64,000 bases of DNA from Selaginella moellendorffii. Taxonomy: Eukaryota > Plantae > Lycopodiophyta. The notes beneath the pieces were generated by a model that had not been told where the DNA came from, ran no database searches, and saw only the letters and a list, made by a program, of their open reading frames with translations. The position numbers and the translations under genes were made by a program. Each line of letters starts with the position of its first letter. Position 1 is the stretch's first letter. Where the stretch lies: assembly GCF_000143415.4 (NCBI RefSeq), contig NW_003314277.1, forward strand, positions 445,183 through 509,182. The letters are read 5' to 3'. This document shows positions 48,201 through 59,983 of this stretch, in pieces.

Positions 48201-48960
48201 CTAAACACATCGAAGCAGGTGGCGATACTCAAGCATATGACAGAGAGCAATGACCAACAAGACGGTCCATCTTCTACTTTCTGTACAAACAGGGTAGTCG
48301 CATTGATGTTGAAGGATCTGCATGGTTGTAGATCTCGGCAATTAATTGTAGGATTTTATAAAAGCCCTTACCTAAATTGGAACACCCATAATACGCATCC
48401 TCTTTACCCTAAAGGTATATGCACCCTTTGAGTTACCTTGATCCTACTTTATAAAACTAATATCGTTATAAGATAGCTCAGCCCGGCGCAGACAAACGCG
48501 GCCCGGCAGCATATCGTCATCGAGGCACCATGTTGTGGTTCTTCCATGGCATAGTTCTTCAGCACAGATTTCTGGGCGCATCCACGAGGAAAATCGTCTC
48601 CAGCCCTCTCTAATCTTGTCATGGGTGCGCGGCGAACGCCTCCCACAAGATGGAATATTCTCATGGAACGGCATTTGCCCACAACCGGCAAATGTGTGAA
48701 GTCTTGGCGCTCTTCCGGCAAATGCGCATCCTAATTCTCCTGGCAGCTATCTTGTCGATCCGGCGGAGATCCATGCGCTAGTCGTCGCTTCTGGCCTGGA
48801 TCTCGCCACAGCACCTCAACTCCTAGGGATCGAAATCAAGGACGCCAGCAATGAATGGACGGCTGCACTTAAATCTCTGTGCCCGGGTGTGTGGGTTTTA
48901 GCGAGGAGGTAATCCGGCGTCGGTTCCTTTCCTCTTCGTTCTCGCGAAATCCTGCGAGAG

Positions 48961-50465
48961 ATATCTAGGCGCTCCAAGCATGGTGGTGCTCAGCCGGGAC
49001 AAAAACTTTCTTTACGTATGTGGAGATAATTGAGATCTTGTTCTCGGACGAATTCTGGAAGAGAGCGCAAGCCAAGAAAGAGGTTCGAGCACCCTGGGTT
49101 TGTGACTTGTCGTGACCAAACTTTCCTTCTTTTGCTTTTGAAGGGCGCCTCGAGCAGTGATAGTGCATCCGGCGAGCCAGAATGGTGGCAGAGATTCAAC
49201 GAGCTGGATGAGGTGAGTTTTCTGAAGTCTCTCCTTTGTTAAGCTCGATCAACTTCCTCGCAGCACACTTTTTGGCGATGACCTCTGTGCACCAGTGGAT
49301 CAAATACGATTGCATGGCTTGATCACGAGGCCCACTAGAGTGATCATCTTTGAGCTTGGCGAAATATATCGCCCGCCAGTGGAGCGCTCTCGATCGTCGG
49401 TGAGTGGGATAATTGAGGCATCCGAACTGGGCGGAAGCCACGATTTCATCCTGCATCTGGCCGGCCCGATCGAACTTCGTCTCCAATTTGTGGCTCGAAG
49501 TGACTCTTCCCTGGAGGAACTGAACGGACTATATCCCAGGGGCGCAATGGTAGCCGCGAGGACGCTTTACCCAGTGGAAGGAGTGCCGGGACGTTGCTAT
49601 TTTGTTGACAATCCAGGTAGAGATTGCTTCTTCTTGTTCATAGTCACTCGCTTTGGGTGTTCAGGGAACATAAAGATCATATCATGCTTCCCGACGACCA
49701 TCAACGAACTCGACCAGAAAACATCCAGCGAGCTTCGGAGCTTGGACAACGAGCAGTTCCTCAGGAAGCAATGCGTGGCGGCTCTAGAGCTCTACAACCT
49801 GAGCATTTCGAAGGCTGACAACGAGAGGGACAAGCTTCTGGCTCTCGGAAACGCTGCCGAGTGCCACCTTGAGCTCGAGAACTTCTTCCCTGCGCTTGAG
49901 AACGCGGAGAAGGCTCTGGCGCTCGCGGATGCCACGGAGAACGTCCCCGCCTCGGTGAAGATGCTGACTAAGAAGGGGCGAGCTCTCCACGGCATGCTCA
50001 AATACAAAGACGCAGTGCAGGCGTACAAGCGAGCTCTGCTGCAGCAGCGATCAACGGGCTCATAATCGAGTTCATGGACAAGAGCGAAGAACGGGACATC
50101 TCTGACGACCTCCACCGCTACCTGAGCCTAGGCTGCAAGAGCGAGGACGTTCCAACTTTCACGGAGTTTGTCGGGCCAGTGAAGCTTCTCCGCGGTGACT
50201 CCGGTGGCCTCGGCCGGTTCGCCACCGAAGCCATCGCACCTGGGGAGATCGTCCTCGTGAGCAATGCACTCGGCTACGTCCGTGACATCGGCTTGCATGC
50301 GAATGTAGACGTCTTCGTCAAGCTCTTGCGAGCCGCGCTGACCTCATATGTGCATCGATTACTGCTTCCAGACGCGCTATGGATCAGGGATGACGAAGAG
50401 CGCAAGGGTCAACTTCTTGAAATGGTTGCAGAGCGATGAGCCGGAAAAAGCCAAGTGTGCATGAG
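48961..50465 (+). pseudogene. TPR-SET family copy E (ATG mutated to ATA, exon deletions, frameshift, most of SET deleted)
   Basis: ATATCTAGGCGCTCC; LLQQRSTGS* frameshift; jump from RAALTS to the C-terminal GATTACTGCTTCCAGA segment. Confidence 0.85.
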
Positions 50466-50556
50466 TGAAATTTTCATGAAATCGTGATTTTTTCATTGGT
50501 TAAGTGTTGTAAATTCATTAGTGCTTAGCAACATTATTTTTATTTCCTTTATCGAT

Positions 50557-50608
50557 TGCCATCCGTGGGATTTGAACCCACGACCCCGTTGTTAAAAACC
50601 ACCTGAGC
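50557..50608 (-). pseudogene. tRNA-Lys(TTT)-derived fragment
   Basis: Minus strand GCTCAG-GTGGTTTTTAACAAC-GGGGTCGTGGGTTCAAATCCCACGGATGGCA: intact T arm/B box and 3' acceptor strand; D loop deleted; no 5' acceptor strand. Confidence 0.65.
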
Positions 50609-50669
50609 GTAAGGGAATGACAACGGTCACATTTTATGGGCTTGGAGATAGGGTTCTTTGGCGCAGGCG

Positions 50670-51845
50670 ATGGAGCTTAGGCGCTTCTACGGATGCTATC
50701 TCTTGCGATCCATCAATCCTCGCTTCAAGGGACAGACTTACATCGGGTAAGCGCCGGGAATGCAAATAGCACAGGAATCTCAAGAATTTGAGAGAATTTG
50801 GCAGTTTTACCGTGAATCCGCGACGAAGAATCCGGCAGCACAATGGAGAGATTACTTGTGGAGCGTTCCGGACCAAGAAGAAGAGGCCGTGGGAGATGGT
50901 TCTCTGCGTTTATGGATTTTCATCGAAGACGGATGCTCTCCAGGTAAAGAATTTGGATTGAAGGGATTTTTTCTTATTTTTCGGTTTTGCCCAGTTTGAA
51001 TGGGCATGGCAGCATCCAAAGCTTTCAAAGGAGGTGGTTCTTCCGGCAGAAGTAAAGCCCAAAAATTTGCGAGGAATAGCAGGAAAGATTAAAATTCTTC
51101 ATGCGATGTTGTGCTCTCCAAAATGGTCCAGGTATTTTTGGATGATGATATGCTTTCATGGTTGACATTTTCTTTTTCTAGCAGGATGAAGCTTACGGTC
51201 CAGTTCTTTTCGTCCGAGCATGCACAACACAGGAAGGGATGCCAGACTTTACCGGATCAGATGAGATGCTGCATTGGATCTATGGATCAACTTCCCAGCT
51301 ACGCAGAGTATTGCGAAGATCCAGCAGACGAACAAGACGGAAGTGATAGTTTATCAAGAGACGAGGAGGGAACTTTGGATGACGAGGAAACTCTAGAAAA
51401 TCCTCAAGAAAACGGACCAGTTGATTCGATCTCTCCTACTCGAGGCACGAGAACCACGCAGGGATCTTTCCAAGAACAGGCAGGACACGCAGAGATTTCT
51501 CCCGACAGTAGTGATCAAGAATTTTTTCGTCCAGCAAAGAGGAAAACGACGAACAACTCGACCTCTCAAAAACAGACGATTTCTCTTCCTCCAGCGAGGA
51601 AAGAAAAGAAGAGCAAGAGCAGCGATGCTGATATTTTTCTGCAAGCGCAAACGCCCAAGACTCCCAAATCGCGAAAAACTCCAGTGGTGATCTTGTCACC
51701 AGTTTTGCTAACGCCGAGGATCTCCCCGTTATTTGGAAAGAGGATGTGCTCGATGATCTCCCCGATCATCATTCTCTCCTCCACACCCAAGCGAGCTCGC
51801 GCCAGGGATGTGATCGACCTCACGGAATCTCCCGCGCTGTTCTAG
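50670..51845 (+). CDS. SLX1: GIY-YIG structure-specific endonuclease SLX1 homologue (multi-exon; N-terminus not shown by the ORF track)
   Basis: Spliced translation [26 protein letters not shown]|[38 protein letters not shown]...ALQ|FEWAWQHP; acidic, disordered tail ending [11 protein letters not shown]. Confidence 0.92.
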
Positions 51846-51910
51846 CCAATTCAAATTCGTTTAAATTCTTGCTACCGATTCTAGGTTTCTTGGATTGTAG
51901 GGTTTGGAAG

Positions 51911-54057
51911 ATGGAGTCCTCCTGCACAGCGCGGCCGGATTCCGGGAGCCAGCAGCCAGGTGAGACGTCTGGCTCGGGGCGCAAGGAGAAGCGCAAGGCG
52001 CGGAAGAAGATCAAGCGCAAGAAATGTCGGCAGCGGATTGCCGAGGCGGAGAGGCTGCGAGAAGAGGTGCGGTTACAGGATCCGGAAGAACTGCTCCGAA
52101 TCCGCAAGGCGCTGGAGCTGGAAGCGCAGCGGGAGGAATTGGAGAGGAAATTACACGAGGAGGAGGAAAGGCGCTGGTTGGAGAGAGAGCGGCAAGCGCA
52201 AGAGGAATTCCAGCGCAGGGAACAAGAAAGATTGTCAAAGGTATGAGATTTTGTCTCGTGTCGATGGATTGAGCTCCATTTGTTTGTTTTTTCTTTCGCA
52301 GCAAAAAGAAGTACCTTTGGAGAAGCAAGAAAAGGAAGAAGAAGAAGATGGGGAATATGAAGATGGTCCTGCCGAGATCATCTGGGAAGGAAATGAGATC
52401 ACTATCAGAAAAACTAGAGTTAAAGTAGGAGCCAAGGTGGAGAAGCCGGAAGTAAATACTAAGGAGGTATGGCTCTCTTATCTTTTCGGTTCTCATGTAT
52501 TTATTTATTTTCCATCCTTGTTTATATTCTTGTCATCCAGAGAAAAGATGATAGACCAACTCGCAATCCTTCTCCTCCTCCGCGCTTAGCTTTACCTCGA
52601 AAACAATCTTACGATGGAATCGAACAAGTTGCGAACTATGGTACCGAGCAGGTTTGTAGCGTATTTCCCATGCTGCTACTGTTTTTTACGCTAGATTTTT
52701 TTTTTCCTACGGTGGATGCAGGACAAAACCCACTGCCCCTTCCACACAAAAACTGGAGCTTGCAGATTTGGACCTCGCTGCAGTCGACTTCATGTGTATC
52801 CAGAAAAGTCTTGCACCCTCCTTATCAAGAACATGTACACCGGGCCTGGATTGGCTTGGGAACATGATGAAGGGTTGGAGGTCTGTATGTTTTCTTTTTC
52901 TTTTTCGTGTCTGCATTGTCTCGTCGGTCTGTCCGCATCTTCTTCCACATTAGAATCTTTTTCCTTGACTAAAATTTTCATCAAGCTCGCTACTCGATTG
53001 GTATGGAGAGGCCAAGGGTCTATGTTGGAGGGATTCAAGCCGAATCAAGAAGCTCTGGGAATCTGTATCCTGCTTATATTCTTTTAGTCCTTTTTTTTTT
53101 TATCCTTAACGCTGTTATAGGCATTTGGATGTCGGTACATTCTTGCATATTCATATTCTTTTGAAACAGTGCACGGATGAGGAGATTGAAGAGAAATTCG
53201 AAGAGTTTTACGAAGACGTGCATTCCGAGTTCTTGAAGTTCGGAGAGCTGGTGAATTTTAAGGTTCGTTGTGAAGTTTTGCGTGGCAATCTTAATGTATT
53301 GCTTGGATGTAGGTGTGCCGAAATTCTTCACCGCATTTGCGTGGCAACGTATATGTGCATTATCAGTCCGAAGAGGACGCGGTTGCTGCGTGTCTTGCTT
53401 TGAGTGGAAGATTTTACGCCAGTAAACAGGTATTAGCTCGATATTCCATTTGACCGTTATGTTTGACCTCTGTTTCGGCAGATGATTCCTGAGTTTGTCC
53501 GGGTCTCAAAATGGAAAGCGGCACTTTGCGGAGAGTATATGAAAGCGCATCAGGTGATTTTATATTCCTAGTTTCTGAAGTTTCTGTTTCCTTGACTGTC
53601 GTTGTGCTCTTTGTAGACGTGCTCCCGGGGCACAGCGTGCAATTTCCTTCACTGCTTTAGAAACCCGGGTGGTGAGTACGAGTGGGCAGACCGGGAAGGT
53701 CCGCCGCCGAGGTCATGGAAGCAGAAGATGGCCAGTCTTTTCGGTCTCCAAGTTGAAGAGGTTGAGAGCAGGAGCAGGAGAGATCACCAAAGACGGGACA
53801 AGGAGCAGCGTTCTGATCATCGCAGGCACTCGCACTCTAGTCGAGAGAATGGAAGAAGGTATGATCAGGCGAGAGGAAGTTCGTACAGGTCGGAGCGAAG
53901 TCATCACTCGGGTGAAAATGATAGAAAACACAGGAAACGGGAAGAGGATGGATCTGACAGGGATAGGAAACGGTCGTGTCGATCCGACAGGGGCAGCAGG
54001 AATGGATTAGATTTGGAGAGGACCGATGATGATGATGGTGGCCGCTGGCTAGATTGA
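51911..54057 (+). CDS. ZRSR2: U2AF35-related protein ZRSR2/URP/RGH3 (CCCH-UHM-CCCH-RS)
   Basis: Coiled-coil N-terminus; [20 protein letters not shown]; IKNMY...[20 protein letters not shown]; [10 protein letters not shown]; second CCCH ([18 protein letters not shown]); RS/RD-rich tail. Confidence 0.92.
53065..53120 (+). promoter_or_regulatory. U12-type (minor) intron signature nested within U2 intron 52881-53169 of ZRSR2
   Basis: 5' site GTATCCTG; branch point TCCTTAAC at 53103-53110; AG at 53119-53120. Confidence 0.7.
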
Positions 54058-54258
54058 TAGTGCTGTGCATGGCAAACGTACGTGGCAAGCTGCAAGGACT
54101 TAAACTTTGGTTGGCGCGCGGTAAATAGTCACAGTGGCCGTCGATTTAGAATCGGATGGGCGGCTTGTAGGAGAGGCTGGGTTATGGTGGGTTAGAAAAG
54201 GAGGAGATCGTAGCCGAAAAGCATAGGGTATATAAAAGCATGAAGGTTTTTTCCAGTG

Positions 54259-55455
54259 ATGCCCGCTAAGAAAAGAGGAAAGGGTAAGAAATCGAAGAAG
54301 GCGAGCCCGAAAGCAGCAGCAGCAGCAGCAGCCAAGCCGCCCAAGACTCCAGCGGCAAAAGGTAGCACAGCGTCTGGTAGCAAGAGAAAGGCCAAGGAGG
54401 TTCTGGCAGTGAGCGTGCCGAGGAGGGTGTCACCGAGACTTTTGGCGAAGCGGAAGATGCAGCAGCAGGAGAACGGGTTTGGGAGCCACGAAGAGGCGCT
54501 GGGGATGATCACTCTACCGGTGGACAACGATGAGGAGGTGCACGACCACCGCGGGATCAGCAGCAACTCCAACCGGCTCAAGCCGAGCTCCTCCACCAGG
54601 ATCACCAAGGACAAGGCGGAGCGGTCGCAGGACGCGTCCGAGGACGCTGGCGGAGGAGTGGCCGCGGACGAGGCAGTGGAAGCAAACGTTGGCGGAGGAG
54701 GAGAAGAGAGCGGCGACGAGGAGGAGGATATGGATCAGATGCTTTTCGAGCGAGGAACCGGTCCGAGAAAGGAGCTGGCGGTGGGGAGGATCATCGTCCA
54801 GGAGGAGCTCAAGGAGGCGGAGGAGACGCTGAGCGGGCACGCGGTGCTGCTCTACTTCTGGCGGATGGAGGTGACCATGACGTGCGATCTGGCCGAGGAG
54901 TGGATCCGCAACGCGCTGGGCGACGCCGAGGCGATCGGCCACGTCCAGCACTGCCGGGACCTGGGCCGCGGCTTCTTCCTGGTGTTGTTCGAGCTGGCCA
55001 TCGCGCGGCGCAAGGCGCTGGCGTTCAAGCCCCGCCCTTTCGGCATCCAGGTGAGCGTCTTCCCGTGGTGCCCGGCCACCGTGAACGACGAGGGCGAGCA
55101 GTGCGCGCCGCGGATGATCGTCCTCCCGGGGCTGCCGGACCAGTGCTTGTTCGTCCTGCCCAAGATCGCGAGGTCGCTGGGGAGCTTCATCGGGTGCGTT
55201 AGCGGGCGGCCGAAGAAGGAGGCGGTGCGCGGCGAGGAGGGGTTCGCCGCCACCCCGGCCTGCGCAAAGGGGGCGGCCCGGATCGCGGTGATGATCCCGC
55301 CCGAGCTGAGCATTCCGGCCACGATCGAGATCCAGCTGCGGACCGGGGTGTGTAAGAAGCAGCCGATCTACGAGGAGGAGGAGGTGGGGAGAGGGCGGAA
55401 GAGAGTGGCGGCGGCGGCGGCGGCTGGGCGGGCGGCGAAGAAGCTCAAGAACTGA
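54259..55455 (+). CDS. DUF4283 (plant LINE ORF1-like) domain protein with basic N-terminus
   Basis: Intronless 398-aa ORF with CRDLGRGFFLVLF, VFPW, VLPGLPDQCL..LPKIARSLGSFI and ARIAV; TATATAAA ~25 nt upstream. Confidence 0.7.
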   Translation: MPAKKRGKGKKSKKASPKAAAAAAAKPPKTPAAKGSTASGSKRKAKEVLAVSVPRRVSPRLLAKRKMQQQENGFGSHEEALGMITLPVDNDEEVHDHRGISSNSNRLKPSSSTRITKDKAERSQDASEDAGGGVAADEAVEANVGGGGEESGDEEEDMDQMLFERGTGPRKELAVGRIIVQEELKEAEETLSGHAVLLYFWRMEVTMTCDLAEEWIRNALGDAEAIGHVQHCRDLGRGFFLVLFELAIARRKALAFKPRPFGIQVSVFPWCPATVNDEGEQCAPRMIVLPGLPDQCLFVLPKIARSLGSFIGCVSGRPKKEAVRGEEGFAATPACAKGAARIAVMIPPELSIPATIEIQLRTGVCKKQPIYEEEEVGRGRKRVAAAAAAGRAAKKLKN

Positions 55456-56279
55456 TCCAAGTGGAGGAGGAAAGGTTTTTAACGGTACTACTCTGGTTTT
55501 AGGGTTCCTGGTATTTCTAGGGCTTGTCATAAATTTGGGGATAATTAAAGTGCTCTGTTTTTAGGGTTCTTAGAGATAATGTGGGGTATTTCTTTTCTTG
55601 TCATCAATGGGGTAGGGGAATAGGATTCTGTCGTGGATTCCTGGAGCATTTCCACAGATGATCGTTTAATCGCGTGGGTTGGAAGGAGTAAAGGGAAATT
55701 CGTTGTGGGGGGGCCACACACAAACAGTTTGGTGTGTCGTGATCCGGACGAAGCATTGTGTGTCAAACCACCGCCAAATCCTCAAATCGCCCTAGTCGTG
55801 CGTGGCCCCCAATTCGCCATCCCACCTCCTCGCGCACATCGATCCGCAACCCACATTGCCCGCATAGCGCGCGCAGCATAGACGAGGCAGCCAAGAAATC
55901 GCCCACTCTAAAAGCCCACCTCGCCCCCTTCGAGAGGAGAGAGGAGAGAGAGTGAGTGAGAATTTGCGAGAGTTCATCCTTCTCTCTCTTTTTTTTTGAT
56001 TCGATCCTATCTGGAGCTGCATGCATGCACAGATGCCACAAAGGGCGATTTGGGTTTGCTCGATTGGGCTCCGATCTTCGACCCAAGTCGCTGGATCCAG
56101 CGCGATCTCCTTCTTCTTCTATGCGCACAAAGACCTAGCGAGCTAGAGGAGGAAGAACAGAGCAACTAGCACTATAGTGGATAGATAGATCCATCGTGGG
56201 TCTTTTTTATCTTATTTCTCTCACCCCCTCCTCCCTTTTGGAGTCTGAGATCTCGATCGGGCAGTAGAAGGAAAAAGAC

Positions 56280-58460
56280 ATGGGATCCGGATCGATCTCC
56301 ATGACGACGACGATGCGAGCAACGCTGTGCTGCTCGCCCTCCGAGGATCACCACCACCACTACCGCAAATCTCCAGCAGCAGCAGCAGCAGCAGCGTCGT
56401 CATCGCCAAAGGTGAAAGTGAATGGCGGCCATGGTCTCCTCCCCTCCTCCTCCTCCTCCTCCGCCGCCGCGGCGACTTCCTCTCCATCCTCCTCCGCTTC
56501 CCCCACATCTAGTTCTTCCTCCGCCGCCGCCGCCGCCGCCGCCACCACCACCACTTCCGCCGCCTCCTCCTCCCTCCTCCCGTACCTCTCGATCAGCTCC
56601 GTGCTGTCACAGAAGGCCGCCGCGGTGCTCTCGGTGGCGTCCGAGACGAGCTACGCGCTGAGCGGCGCGGTGCTGTCCGCCATCGCTGGAGTGACGCAGA
56701 TTGCGATCGTGCCCGGCGTGGTGGAGGATCAAGAACAGCACCACCACCACCACCATGGCGGCGGCGGCGTGGACACGCTCAAGCAGGGGCGATTGGTGGA
56801 GAGAGTGGTGTACCGGCAAACGTTCGTGGTGCGCTCCTACGAGGTCGGCCCCGACAAGACGGCCACACTCGACACCTTTCTCAATCTCTTCCAGGTACTA
56901 GAAAAAAACTCTCGACATTGTCTCGCTCTCTTTTGCCCGAGCGATCGATTGGCTGGTCCGAAAGATATCGATCGATCGATCAAGCGCGATCGCATGTCTT
57001 GTTTGTTTGTTTTTCTTCTTTTCTTTTCCTTTCTTTCTCGTGTTCTTCGGAGGCTTTTGTGGTTACCTTTGGCGTTTTGTTGCAGGAGACAGCTCTGAAT
57101 CACGTTCTCATCTCTGGGCTGGCCGGGAACGGGTTTGGCACAACGCATGAGATGATAAGAAATAATCTCATCTGGGTCGTGACGCGCATGCAAGTGCAAG
57201 TCGAGCGGTATCCAGCCTGGTACGTTTCATTTCGTCCGCCATCGCCATTTCTTCTTCTTCTTCTTCTTCGTGTTCTTACTCGCGGAGATCTTCCATCTTC
57301 TTCACAGGGGAAACGCTCTCGAGATTGATACTTGGGTGGGAGCCTCGGGGAAGAATGGCATGCGGCGGGACTGGCTGGTCCGCGACTACAAGACGGGATC
57401 CATTCTCGCAAGAGCCACCAGGTTTGTTCTCTCCACCTTGTTCTTTACGTGTTTTCTTGTCCTTGTGTTGTGTCCAAGGAGTGTTTGACTTCTCTCTCAA
57501 ACTTCTGTTTCTCTTCGTTTTGCAGCACTTGGGTGATGATGCACAAGGACACGAGACGGCTATCCAAGATGCCGGACTTGGTCCGGGCCGAGATCTCGCC
57601 GTGGTTCCTCTCCAGAACGGCCTTCATTCCCGAGGAATCGTGCTCCAAGATTGAGAAGCTGGACAACAGCAACACGCGCTACATCCGCTCCAACCTCACG
57701 GTAAAAGCGTCTTGATCTTGCAAAGCTAGCGCAGATTGAAAGAGTTTCTTCTCTTGTCGCAGCCACGGCACAGCGACCTGGACATGAACCAGCACGTAAA
57801 CAACGTCAAGTATCTCACCTGGATGATGGAGGTCGGTCTTTTCTCCCTTGTGATCTCTTCGTTTTACTCTTGCCCTGCCGAGTTTTTCTTCGGTTGTTTG
57901 TTGCGTCTTTTGCCTGATCTCTTTGTTCTCGTGCTCTCTTTTCTATGTTTGATCTTTGCTAAATCTCTTCGTTGTTCGCTCTTTCTTATCTCTTCAAAGT
58001 TCGTTTTTCGTTGTTCGTCCGTGGTTTCATTTTCCGGCTTGCTTCTTTCTCTTGCTCTCCTTCCTTGGCATCTTTTTCCGGCTTGCTTCTTTTGCGTGAT
58101 CTCTCCGTTGGTCTTGTTTGTTTTGCTTGATTGATCTCTTCGTCTTCGTCTTCGCTCGCTCTTTTCTTTACTCCTTTCTTTTTCCATGACGCGCAGAGTC
58201 TTCCCCAGAACATTCTCGAGAGCCACCACCTGGTTGGGATCACGCTCGAGTACCGGCGCGAGTGCAGCAAATCCGATATGGTGGAGTCCCTGACGCATCC
58301 GGAGCGGGGGGGGCATCTGGCAATCAATGGAGCAGCAGCAGCAGCAGCAGCAGCGGCAGCCGCGCCACCTTCCCAGCTTGACTTTATTCATCTCCTCCGG
58401 ATGCAGACGGGTGGATCCGAGATTGTAAGAGCCCGGACCAGTTGGAAAAGTCGCCACTAG
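56280..58460 (+). CDS. FATB: Acyl-ACP thioesterase, FatB-like (multi-exon, plastid transit peptide)
   Basis: YRQTFVVRSYEVGPDKTA, ETALNHV, GFGTTHEM, GKNGMRRDWL, DLDMNQHVNNVKY and ITLEYRREC. Confidence 0.93.
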
Positions 58461-58860
58461 TTAGGTGAGAGACGATGAAAGATCAAAGTTGATTTGATGA
58501 TCACACACACACAGCACACGCGGCCGCTTTAGGCAACATACCTTCAGACGATTCTTCCCTTGTGATTAAACGTACGCAACAAAAAAGTGTTCCCACTGTA
58601 ATGTTGATTGATTGGTTGATTGATACGTAAAGACACCAAAGTAAAGCTCCTCTCGTCATTCTCGTAGCTAAAGTTGTTTCGATCATGGTTTCCACGTAGG
58701 CTCCTAAGTTGTTTCGATCGGTTTCCACGGCGAGGAGAATCGAAGAGAGCTTTCTTTTCTTCCAAAATGTAAGGCTGTGTTACAAGAAACGAAACACTGT
58801 CTGGTTACGACTTACGACCAACACCAAAACAAAACTTCGCTAGAGCGTAAGAATTCGCCT

Positions 58861-59540
58861 CTAGGCCTTTTGTTTCTTCAGCAGCGAAAGCTCGCGCCTC
58901 ACAACCGCGGCCCTCTGAGAAAAGCAACGGAAAAACCCGTGAACTCCGAGAAAACCACGAAACGCTATGCTCTTGCGTACCTTGACCTTGGCGACCATGA
59001 CTTTGAAGCGGTCGAAGTCGTTCAGGGAAGCCCTCTTCTTCTGAACGATGAGCTTGCGTCCCCACGAGCTGTTCTCCCATTTCTTTTGGACCTCTATAGA
59101 GAAACAAGAGAAAAAATAAGTTTTTTGTAAGTACTAGAACTAGAGGAAAGAACAAAGAGAAGAGAGGAAAACGAGGCTCTCACCAGCAGATTCGACGGCT
59201 GCCTGGAGGTTCTTCTTCTTGGGCATTTTGGGGATGTCGATCTTGATGTCCGTGAGGGCCAGTCTCTTGAAATTCATGCTCGTTCTGATCATGCCGGGGT
59301 AGTCGACCAATGCCTGGGGAAAAAGCCCACAATGTCTAGCCTCTACAGCGCACTTGCAAGCTTGGGCTTACCCTGTTCTGATCGATCACGTCCACAATCA
59401 CCACAAGCTTGCCGTAATCTTCGCCATAGTTGATACAGGCGACCCGGCCGATCTCGACAAAGCGCCTGAATCCCTGCAATCCGGGAATGCGATGGATCTG
59501 AGCTCCCGCATCCAGGATCAAAGCGAAGAACACTTACCAT
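58861..59540 (-). CDS. RPL14: 60S ribosomal protein L14 (eL14), multi-exon
   Basis: ATG-only first exon; [34 protein letters not shown]; LTDIKIDIP; [23 protein letters not shown]. Confidence 0.95.
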
Positions 59541-59983
59541 CGCCAGACGCCGCAGCCGCCTTGGGCTTGGATTGGGAATTAGGGTTTATCACCGGCCTCT
59601 CAATCCAACGGCTGCGAGTGACTAGGGCTGGCGATTGGCCTCAATCTGCACCGTCCATGTTTCGTGCTGGCAGCCGTTGGATGGTGTGATTAAGCGGCAC
59701 ACGGGGAAATCGCATGGCTATCGTGTCTTTAGCACTGTTGGGTGGCTATGGCGTCCGGTATGAAACCCTAGCGCGGGGCGACGGCAAGGCGAGGGCGTGT
59801 TGTAGCGCCATTGTGCTGCGTCTCGTTTCTTTCTCTGGGGATTTGATCTGGGAGAAATTTTGGAGCAGATCTGGTCCCTTTTTCTTGTTTTCTTGAGAAA
59901 TAGATAGGATTTCCCAGTGTAGCAGCAGGCAATTCCTTTGCGAATCGAGCGTCTCGTCTAGTTCTTTAGCCTCGATTTTGTGA
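59541..59983. promoter_or_regulatory. Bidirectional promoter RPL14 / CCCH gene with telo-boxes
   Basis: TTAGGGTTT (~59579-59587) and AAACCCTAG (~59763-59771) in opposite orientations; site II-like TTGGGCT at ~59561. Confidence 0.6.
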
